From contig OZ059900.1 in the NCBI GenBank assembly GCA_964057225.1, positions 15,066,001 through 15,130,000 on the forward strand: 64,000 nucleotides of DNA, given 5' to 3'. The notes under the pieces were generated by a model that was not told where the DNA came from, ran no database searches, and was given only the letters and a program-made list of their open reading frames with translations. This document shows positions 53,201 through 64,000 of this stretch, piece by piece. The translations under genes were made by a program, and so were the position numbers. The stretch comes from Auanema rhodensis. Its lineage: Eukaryota; Animalia; Nematoda. How positions within the stretch are numbered: position 1 is the first letter of the stretch; each line of letters starts with the position of its first letter.

Positions 53201-56200
53201 CGAACAATTTTGAGCTAGGTTTCATTGACATTGCATGAGTTTGAACACATGAAATCGTAAGTCAAAACCTAGTTTACAGCGAAATTTCCAAAAACTGGTT
53301 TTCCAGCATAATAAAATATTTCTCATGGGAAATACTGTGTTTTTGTATTTTTCTAGTGTTCAGCATGTAAAATGCTTCATTTTAGTATGTAACACGCTGA
53401 AATTCGTTGCATTTGACGACTCATATGAACAAAAATCGATTTAATCAATATTAGCCATAAGGGGCGTGCCCTCAGAATATGCTAATTTCCTTAATTTTCT
53501 AACCCCTGTTTTTTGTCGTGAAAGTGGAACTAGACGTTGTACGAACAATTTTGAGCTAGGTTTCATTGACATTGCATGAGTTTGAACACATGAAATCGTA
53601 AGTCAAAACCTAGTTTACAGCGAAATTTCCAAAAACTGGTTTTCCAGCATAATAAAATATTTCTCATGGGAAATACTGTGTTTTTGTATTTTTCTAGTGT
53701 TCAGCATGTGAAATGCTTCATTTTAGTATGTAACACGCTGAAATTCGTTGCATTTGACGACTCATATGAACAAAAATCGATTTAATCAATATTAGCCATA
53801 AGGGGCGTGCCCTCAGAATATGCTAATTTCCTTAATTTTCTAACCCCTGTTTTTTGTCGTGAAAGTGGAACTAGACGTTGTACAAACAATTTTGAGCTAG
53901 GTTTTATTGACATTGCATGAGTTTGAACACATGAAATCGTAAGTCAAAACCTTGTTTAGAGCGAAATTTCCAAAAACTGGTTTTCCAGCATAATAAAATA
54001 TTTCTCATGGGAAATACTGTGTTTTTGTATTTTTCTAGTGTTCAGCATGTAAAATGCTTCATTTTAGTATGTAACACGCTGAAATTCGTTGCATTTGACG
54101 ACTCATATGAACAAAAATCGATTTAATCAATATTAGCCATAAGGGGCGTGCCCTCAGAATATGCTAATTTCCTTAATTTTCTAACCCCTGTTTTTTTGTC
54201 GTGAAAGTGGAACTAGACGTTGTACGAACAATTTTGAGCTAGGTTTCATTGACATTGCATGAGTTTGAACACATGAAATCGTAAGTCAAAACCTTGTTTA
54301 CAGCGAAATTTCCAAAAACTGGTTTTCCAGCATAATAAAATATTTCTCATGGGAAATACTGTGTTTTTGTATTTTTCTAGTGTTCAGCATGTAAAATGCT
54401 TCATTTTAGTATGTAACACGCTGAAATTCGTTGCATTTGACGACTCATATGAACAAAAATCGATTTAATCAATATTAGCCATAAGGGGCGTGCCCTCAGA
54501 ATATGCTAATTTCCTTAATTTTCTAACCCCTGTTTTTTTGTCGTGAAAGTGGAACTAGACGTTGTACGAACAATTTTGAGCTAGGTTTCATTGACATTGC
54601 ATGAGTTTGAACACATGAAATCGTAAGTCAAAACCTTGTTTACAGCGAAATTTCCAAAAACTTCTTTTCCAGTATAATAAAATATTTCTCATGGGAAATA
54701 CTGTGTTTTTGTATTTTTCTAGTGTTCAGCATGTAAAATGCTTCATTTTAGTATGTAACACGCTGAAATTCGTTGCATTTGACGACTCATATGAACAAAA
54801 ATCGATTTAATCAATATTAGCCATAAGGGGCGTGCCCTCAGAATATGCTAATTTCCTTAATTTTCTAACCCCTGTTTTTTTGTCGTGAAAGTGGAACTAG
54901 ACGTTGTACGAACAATTTTGAGCTAGGTTTCATTGACATTGCATGAGTTTGAACACATGAAATCGTAAGTCAAAACCTTGTTTACAGCGAAATTTCCAAA
55001 AACTGGTTCTCCAGCATAATAAAATATTTCTCATGGGAAATACTGTGTTTTTGTATTTTTCTAGTGTTCAGCATGTAAAATGGTTCATTTTAGTGTATGT
55101 AACACGCTGAAATTCGTTGCATTTGACGACTCATATGAACAAAAATCGATTTAATCAATATTAGCCATAAGGGGCGTGCCCTCAGAATATGCTAATTTCC
55201 TTAATTTTCTAACCCCTGTTTTTTTGTCGTGAAAGTGGAACTAGACGTTGTACGAACAATTTTGAGCTAGGTTTCATTGACATTGCATGAGTTTGAACAC
55301 ATGAAATCGTAAGTCAAAACCTTGTTTACAGCGAAATTTCCAAAAACTGGTTTTCCAGCATAATAAAATATTTCTCATGGGAAATACTGTGTTTTTGTAT
55401 TTTTCTAGTGTTCAGCATGTAAAATGCTTCATTTTAGTTTGTAACACGCTGAAATTCGTTGCATTTGACGACTCATATGAACAAAAATCGATTTAATCAA
55501 TATTAGCCATAAGGGGCGTGCCCTCAGAATATGCTAATTTCCTTAATTTTTTAACCCCTGTTTTTTTGTCGTGAAAGTGGAACTAGACGTTGTACGAACA
55601 ATTTTGAGCTAGGTTTCATTGACATTGCATGAGTTTGAACACATGAAATCGTAAGTCAAAACCTTGTTTACAGCGAAATTTCCAAAAACTGGTTTTCCAG
55701 CATAATAAAATATTTCTCATGGGAAATACTGTGTTTTTGTATTTTTCTAGTGTTCAGCATGTAAAATGCTTCATTTTAGTATGTAACACGCTGAAATTCG
55801 TTGCATTTGACGACTCATATGAACAAAAATCGATTTAATCAATATTAGCCATAAGGGGCGTGCCCTCAGAATATGCTAATTTCCTTAATTTTCTAACCCC
55901 TGTTTTTTGTCGTGAAAGTGGAACTAGACGTTGTACGAACAATTTTGAGCTAGGTTTCATTGACATTGCATGAGTTTGAACACATGAAATCGTAAGTCAA
56001 AACCTTGTTTACAGCGAAATTTCCAAAAACTGGTTTTCCAGCATAATAAAATATTTCTCATGGGAAATACTGTGTTTTTGTATTTTTCTAGTGTTCAGCA
56101 TGTGAAATGCTTCATTTTAGTATGTAACACGCTGAAATTCGTTGCATTTGACGACTCATATGAACAAAAATCGATTTAATCAATATTAGCCATAAGGGGC

Positions 56201-59200
56201 GTGCCCTCAGAATATGCTAATTTCCTTAATTTTCTAACCCCTGTTTTTTGTCGTGAAAGTGGAACTAGACGTTGTACAAACAATTTTGAGCTAGGTTTTA
56301 TTGACATTGCATGAGTTTGAACACATGAAATCGTAAGTCAAAACCTTGTTTAGAGCGAAATTTCCAAAAACTGGTTTTCCAGCATAATAAAATATTTCTC
56401 ATGGGAAATACTGTGTTTTTGTATTTTTCTAGTGTTCAGCATGTAAAATGCTTCATTTTAGTATGTAACACGCTGAAATTCGTTGCATTTGACGACTCAT
56501 ATGAACAAAAATCGATTTAATCAATATTAGCTATAAGGGGCGTGCCCTCAGAATATGCTAATTTCCTTAATTTTCGAACCCCTGTTTTTTTTGTCGTGAA
56601 AGTGGAACTAGACGTTGTACGAACAATTTTGAGCTAGGTGTCATTGACATTGCATGAGTTTGAACACATGAAATCGTAAGTCAAAACCTTGTTTACAGCG
56701 AAATTTCCAAAAACTGGTTTTCCAGCATAATAAAATATTTCTCATGGGAAATACTGTGTTTTTGTATTTTTCTAGTGTTCAGCATGTAAAATGCTTCATT
56801 TTAGTATGTAACACGCTGAAATTCGTTGCATTTGACGACTCATATGAACAAAAATCGATTTAATCAATATTAGCCATAAGGGGCGTGCCCTCAGAATATG
56901 CTAATTTCCTTAATTTTCTAACCCCTGTTTTTTTGTCGTGAAAGTGGAACTAGACGTTGTACGAACAATTTTGAGCTAGGTTTCATTGACATTGCATGAG
57001 TTTGAACACATGAAATCGTAAGTCAAAACCTTGCTTACAGCGAAATTTCCAAAAACTGGTTTTCCAGCATAATTAAATATTTCTCATGGGAAATACTGTG
57101 TTTTTGTATTTTTCTAGTGTTCAGCATGTAAAATGTTTCATTTTAGTATGTAACACGCTGAAATTCGTTGCATTTGACGACTCATATGAACAAAAATCGA
57201 TTTAATCAATATTAGCCATAAGGGGCGTGCCCTCAGAATATGCTAATTTCCTTAATTTTCTAACCCCTGTTTTTTTGTCGTGAAAGTGGAACTAGACGTT
57301 GTACGAACAATTTTGAGCTAGGTTTCATTGACATTGCATGAGGTTGAACACATGAAATCGTAAGTCAAAACCTTGTTTACAGCGAAATTTCCAAAAACTG
57401 GTTTTCCAGCATAATAAAATATTTCTCATGGGAAATACTGTGTTTTTGTATTTTTCTAGTGTTCAGCATGTAAAATGCTTCATTTTAGTATGTAACACGC
57501 TGAAATTCGTTGCATTTGACGACTCATATGAACAAAAATCGATTTAATCAATATTAGCCATAAGGGGCGTGCCCTCAGAATATGCTAATTTCCTTAATTT
57601 TCTAACCCCTGTTTTTTTTGTCGTGAAAGTGGAACTAGACGTTGTACGAACAATTTTGAGCTAGGTTTCATTGACATTGCATGAGGTTGAACACATGAAA
57701 TCGTAAGTCAAAACCTTGTTTACAGCGAAATTTCCAAAAACTGGTTTTCCAGTATAATAAAATATTTCTCATGGGAAATACTGTGTTTTTGTATTCTTCT
57801 AGTGTTCAGCATGTAAAATGCTTCATTTTAGTATGTAACACGCTGAAATTCGTTGCATTTGACGACTCATATGAACAAAAATCGATTTAATCAATATTAG
57901 CCATAAGGGGCGTGCCCTCAGAATATGCTAATTTCCTTAATTTTCTAACCCCTGTTTTTTTTGTCGTGAAAGTGGAACTAGACGTTGTACAAACAATTTT
58001 GAGCTAGGTTTCATTGACATTGCATGAGTTTGAACACATGAAATCGTAAGTCAAAACCTTGTTTACAGCGAAATTTCCAAAAACTGGTTTTCCAGCATAA
58101 TAAAATATTTCTCATGAGAAATACTGTGTTTTTGTATTTTTCTAGTGTTCAGCATGTAAAATGCTTCATTTAAGTATGTAACACGCTGAAATTCGTTGCA
58201 TTTGACGACTCATATGAACAAAAATCGATTTAATCAATATTAGCCATAAGGGGCGTGCCCTCAGAATATGCTAATTTCCTTAATTTTCTAACCCCTGTTT
58301 TTTTGTCGTGAAAGTGGAACTAGACGTTGTACGAACAATTTTGAGCTAGGTTTCATTGACATTGCATGAGGTTGAACACATGAAATCGTAAGTCAAAACC
58401 TTGTTTACAGCGAAATTTCCAAAAACTGGTTTTCCAGCATAATAAAATATTTCTCATGGGAAATACTGTGTTTTTGTATTTTTCTAGTGTTCAGCATGTA
58501 AAATGCTTCATTTTAGTATGTAACACGCTGAAATTCGTTGCATTTGACGACTCATATGAACAAAAATCGATTTAATCAATATTAGCCATAAGGGGCGTGC
58601 CCTCAGAATATGCTAATTTCCTTAATTTTCTAACCCCTGTTTTTTTTGTCGTGAAAGTGGAACTAGACGTTGTACGAACAATTTTGAGCTAGGTTTCATT
58701 GACATTGCATGAGGTTGAACACATGAAATCGTAAGTCAAAACCTTGTTTACAGCGAAATTTCCAAAAACTGGTTTTCCAGTATAATAAAATATTTCTCAT
58801 GGGAAATACTGTGTTTTTGTATTCTTCTAGTGTTCAGCATGTAAAATGCTTCATTTTAGTATGTAACACGCTGAAATTCGTTGCATTTGACGACTCATAT
58901 GAACAAAAATCGATTTAATCAATATTAGCCATAAGGGGCGTGCCCTCAGAATATGCTAATTTCCTTAATTTTCTAACCCCTGTTTTTTTTGTCGTGAAAG
59001 TGGAACTAGACGTTGTACAAACAATTTTGAGCTAGGTTTCATTGACATTGCATGAGTTTGAACACATGAAATCGTAAGTCAAAACCTTGTTTACAGCGAA
59101 ATTTCCAAAAACTGGTTTTCCAGCATAATAAAATATTTCTCATGAGAAATACTGTGTTTTTGTATTTTTCTAGTGTTCAGCATGTAAAATGCTTCATTTA

Positions 59201-62200
59201 AGTATGTAACACGCTGAAATTCGTTGCATTTGACGACTCATATGAACAAAAATCGATTTAATCAATATTAGCCATAAGGGGCGTGCCCTCAGAATATGCT
59301 AATTTCCTTAATTTTCTAACCCCTGTTTTTTTGTCGTGAAAGTGGAACTAGACGTTGTACGAACAATTTTGAGCTAGGTTTCATTGACATTGCATGAGTT
59401 TGAACACATGAAATCGTAAGTCAAAACCTTGTTTACAGCGAAATTTCCAAAAACTGGTTTTCCAGCATAATAAAATATTTCTCATGGGAAATACTGTGTT
59501 TTTGTATTTTTCTAGTGTTCAGCATGTAAAATGCTTCATTTTAGTATGTAACACGCTGAAATTCGTTGCATTTGACGACTCATATGAACAAAAATCGATT
59601 TAATCAATATTAGCCATAAGGGGCGTGCCCTCAGAATATGCTAATTTCCTTAATTTTCTAACCCCTGTTTTTTTGTCGTGAAAGTGGAACTAGACGTTGT
59701 ACGAACAATTTTGAGCTAGGTTTCCATGACATTGCATGAGTTTGAACACATGAAATCGTAAGTCAAAACCTTGTTTACAGCGAAATTTCCAAAAACTGGT
59801 TTTCCAGCATAATAAAATATTTCTCATGAGAAATACTGTGTTTTTGTATTTTTCTAGTGTTCAGCATGTAAAATGCTTCACTTAAGTATGTAACACGCTG
59901 AAATTCGTTGCATTTGACGACTGATATGAACAAAAATCGATTTAATCAATATTAGACATAAGGGGCGTGCCCTCAGAATATGCTAATTTCCTTAATTTTC
60001 TAACCCCTGTTTTTTGTCGTGAAAGTGGAACTAGACGTTGTACGAACAATTTTGAGCTAGGTTTCATTGACATTGCATGAGTTTGAACACATGAAATCGT
60101 AAGTCAAAACCTTGTTTACAGCGAAATTTCCAAAAACTGGTTTTCCAGCATAATAAAATATTTCTCATGGGAAATACTGTGTTTTTGTATTTTTCTAGTG
60201 TTCAGCATGTGAAATGCTTCATTTTAGTATGTAACACGCTGAAATTCGTTGCATTTGACGACTCATATGAACAAAAATCGATTTAATCAATATTAGCCAT
60301 AAGGGGCGTGCCCTCAGAATATGCTAATTTCCTTAATTTTCTAACCCCTGTTTTTTGTCGTGAAAGTGGAACAAGACGTTGTACAAACAATTTTGAGCTA
60401 GGTTTTATTGACATTGCATGAGTTTGAACACATGAAATCGTAAGTCAAAACCTTGTTTAGAGCGAAATTTCCAAAAACTGGTTTTCCAGCATAATAAAAT
60501 ATTTCTCATGGGAAATACTGTGTTTTTGTATTTTTCTAGTGTTCAGCATGTAAAATGCTTCATTTTAGTATGTAACACGCTGAAATTCGTTGCATTTGAC
60601 GACTCATATGAACAAAAATCGATTTAATCAATATTAGCCATAAGGGGCGTGCCCTCAGAATATGCTAATTTCCTTAATTTTCTAACCCCTGTTTTTTTGT
60701 CGTGAAAGTGGAACTAGACGTTGTACGAACAATTTTGAGCTAGGTTTTATTGACATTGCATGAGTTTGAACACATGAAATCGTAAGTCAAAACCTTGTTT
60801 ACAGCGAAATTTCCAAAAACTGGTTTTCCAGCATAATAAAATATTTCTCATGGGAAATACTGTGTTTTTGTATTTTTCTAGTGTTCAGCATGTAAAATGC
60901 TTCATTTTAGTATGTAACACGCTGAAATTCGTTGCATTTGACGACTCATATGAACAAAAATCGATTTAATCAATATTAGCCATAAGGGGCGTGCCCTCAG
61001 AATATGCTAATTTCCTTAATTTTCTAACCCCTGTTTTTTTGTCGTGAAAGTGGAACTAGACGTTGTACGAACAATTTTGAGCTAGGTTTCATTGACATTG
61101 CATGAGTTTGAACACATGAAATCGTAAGTCAAAACCTTGCTTACAGCGAAATTTCCAAAAACTGGTTTTCCAGCATAATTAAATATTTCTCATGGGAAAT
61201 ACTGTGTTTTTGTATTTTTCTAGTGTTCAGCATGTAAAATGCTTCATTTTAGTATGTAACACGCTGAAATTCGTTGCATTTGACGACTCATATGAACAAA
61301 AATCGATTTAATCAATATTAGCCATAAGGGGCGTGCCCTCAGAATATGCTAATTTCCTTAATTTTCTAACCCCTGTTTTTTTGTCGTGAAAGTGGAACTA
61401 GACGTTGTACGAACAATTTTGAGCTAGGTTTCATTGACATTGCATGAGGTTGAACACATGAAATCGTAAGTCAAAACCTTGTTTACAGCGAAATTTCCAA
61501 AAACTTCTTTTCCAGTATAATAAAATATTTCTCATGGGAAATACTGTGTTTTTGTATTCTTCTAGTGTTCAGCATGTAAAATGCTTCATTTTAGTATGTA
61601 ACACGCTGAAATTCGTTGCATTTGACGACTCATATGAACAAAAATCGATTTAATCAATATTAGCCATAAGGGGCGTGCCCTCAGAATATGCTAATTTCCT
61701 TAATTTTCTAACCCCTGTTTTTTTTGTCGTGAAAGTGGAACTAGACGTTGTACAAACAATTTTGAGCTAGGTTTCATTGACATTGCATGAGTTTGAACAC
61801 ATGAAATCGTAAGTCAAAACCTTGTTTACAGCGAAATTTCCAAAAACTGGTTTTCCAGCATAATTAAATATTTCTCATGGGAAATACTGTGTTTTTGTAT
61901 TTTTCTAGTGTTCAGCATGTAAAATGCTTCATTTTAGTATGTAACACGCTGAAATTCGTTGCATTTGACGACTCATATGAACAAAAATCGATTTAATCAA
62001 TATTAGCCATAAGGGGCGTGCCCTCAGAATATGCTAATTTCCTTAATTTTCTAACCCCTGTTTTTTTGTCGTGAAAGTGGAACTAGACGTTGTACGAACA
62101 ATTTTGAGCTAGGTTTCATTGACATTGCATGAGGTTGAACACATGAAATCGTAAGTCAAAACCTTGTTTACAGCGAAATTTCCAAAAACTTCTTTTCCAG

Positions 62201-64000
62201 TATAATAAAATATTTCTCATGGGAAATACTGTGTTTTTGTATTCTTCTAGTGTTCAGCATGTAAAATGCTTCATTTTAGTATGTAACACGCTGAAATTCG
62301 TTGCATTTGACGACTCATATGAACAAAAATCGATTTAATCAATATTAGCCATAAGGGGCGTGCCCTCAGAATATGCTAATTTCCTTAATTTTCTAACCCC
62401 TGTTTTTTTTGTCGTGAAAGTGGAACTAGACGTTGTACAAACAATTTTGAGCTAGGTTTCATTGACATTGCATGAGTTTGAACACATGAAATCGTAAGTC
62501 AAAACCTTGTTTACAGCGAAATTTCCAAAAACTGGTTTTCCAGCATAATAAAATATTTCTCATGAGAAATACTGTGTTTTTGTATTTTTCTAGTGTTCAG
62601 CATGTAAAATGCTTCATTTAAGTATGTAACACGCTGAAATTCGTTGCATTTGACGACTCATATGAACAAAAATCGATTTAATCAATATTAGCCATAAGGG
62701 GCGTGCCCTCAGAATATGCTAATTTCCTTAATTTTCTAACCCCTGTTTTTTTGTCGTGAAAGTGGAACTAGACGTTGTACGAACAATTTTGAGCTAGGTT
62801 TCATTGACATTGCATGAGTTTGAACACATGAAATCGTAAGTCAAAACCTTGTTTACAGCGAAATTTCCAAAAACTGGTTTTCCAGCATAATAAAATATTT
62901 CTCATGGGAAATACTGTGTTTTTGTATTTTTCTAGTGTCCAGCATGTAAAATGCTTCATTTTAGTATGTAACACGCTGAAATTCGTTGCATTTGACGACT
63001 CATATGAACAAAAATCGATTTAATCAATATTAGCCATAAGGGGCGTGCCCTCAGAATATGCTAATTTCCTTAATTTTCTAACCCCTGTTTTTTTGTCGTG
63101 AAAGTGGAACTAGACGTTGTACGAACAATTTTGAGCTAGGTTTCCATGACATTGCATGAGTTTGAACACATGAAATCGTAAGTCAAAACCTTGTTTACAG
63201 CGAAATTTCCAAAAACTGGTTTTCCAGCATAATAAAATATTTCTCATGAGAAATACTGTGTTTTTGTATTTTTCTAGTGTTCAGCATGTAAAATGCTTCA
63301 CTTAAGTATGTAACACGCTGAAATTCGTTGCATTTGACGACTGATATGAACAAAAATCGATTTAATCAATTTTAGACATAAGGGGCGTGCCCTCAGAATA
63401 TGCTAATTTCCTTAATTTTCTAACCCCTGTTTTTTTGTCGTGAAAGTGGAACTAGACGTTGTACGAACAATTTTGAGCTAGGTTTCATTGACATTGCATG
63501 AGTTTGAACACATGAAATCGTAAGTCAAAACCTTGTTTACAGCGAAATTTCCAAAAACTGGTTTTCCAGCATAATAAAATATTTCTCATGAGAAATACTG
63601 TGTTTTTGTAACTTTCTAGTGTTCAGCATGTAAAATGCTTCATTTAAGTATGTAACACGCTGAAATTCGTTGCATTTGACGACTCATATGAACAAAAATC
63701 GATTTAATCAATATTAGCCATAAGGGGCGTGCCCTCAGAATATGCTAATTTCCTTAATTTTCTAACCCCTGTTTTTTTGTCGTGAAAGTGGAACTAGACG
63801 TTGTACGAACAATTTTGAGCTAGGTTTCATTGACATTGCATGAGTCTGAACACATGAAATCGTAAGTCAAAACCTTGTTTACAGCGAAATTTCCAAAAAC
63901 TGGTTTTCCAACATAATAAAATATTTCTCATGGGAAATACTGTGTTTTTGTTTTTTTCTAGTGTTCAGCATGTAAAATGCTTCATTTTAGTATGTAACAC
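35206..64000. repeat. Satellite DNA, ~342-bp monomer (341-344), about 84 head-to-tail copies, truncated by the right edge
   Basis: aaatactgtgtttttgta recurs at 35206, 35547, 35889 and onward. Length variation comes from a T6-T8 tract and a 2-bp GT insertion. I recognise no tRNA, 5S rRNA, snRNA or coding signature in it. Confidence 0.97.

Noticed and set aside
1-64000. CRISPR-like repeat/spacer array
   Set aside because: Whole units repeat, with no unique spacers and no cas genes, and the context is eukaryotic.

Overview
Eukaryotic, AT-rich, almost entirely tandem-repeat window with no credible protein-coding gene. (1) 1-35201 is a head-to-tail array of 438/439-bp units. Each unit carries one intact minus-strand tRNA-Asp(GUC) gene followed by a T5 Pol III terminator. 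There are 80 genes in the window and the array continues off the left edge. The tRNA sequence looks nematode-type (it matches my recollection of the C. elegans tRNA-Asp). (2) One unit is interrupted by a 300-bp TGTCGC...GCGACA element with a perfect 5-bp target-site duplication (TGAAA), most likely a solo LTR, inserted 59-63 bp upstream of a tRNA gene. (3) After a 4-nt filler (ACTA, 35202-35205) the sequence switches abruptly to a ~342-bp satellite of about 84 copies that runs off the right edge. The satellite may be an old dimer of ~170-bp monomers and contains a nearly invariant GC-rich hairpin. Both arrays show higher-order duplications, including a 17-unit, 7452-bp tandem duplication in the tRNA array. 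All listed ORFs appear to be by-products of the repeats. All comparisons were made by eye.
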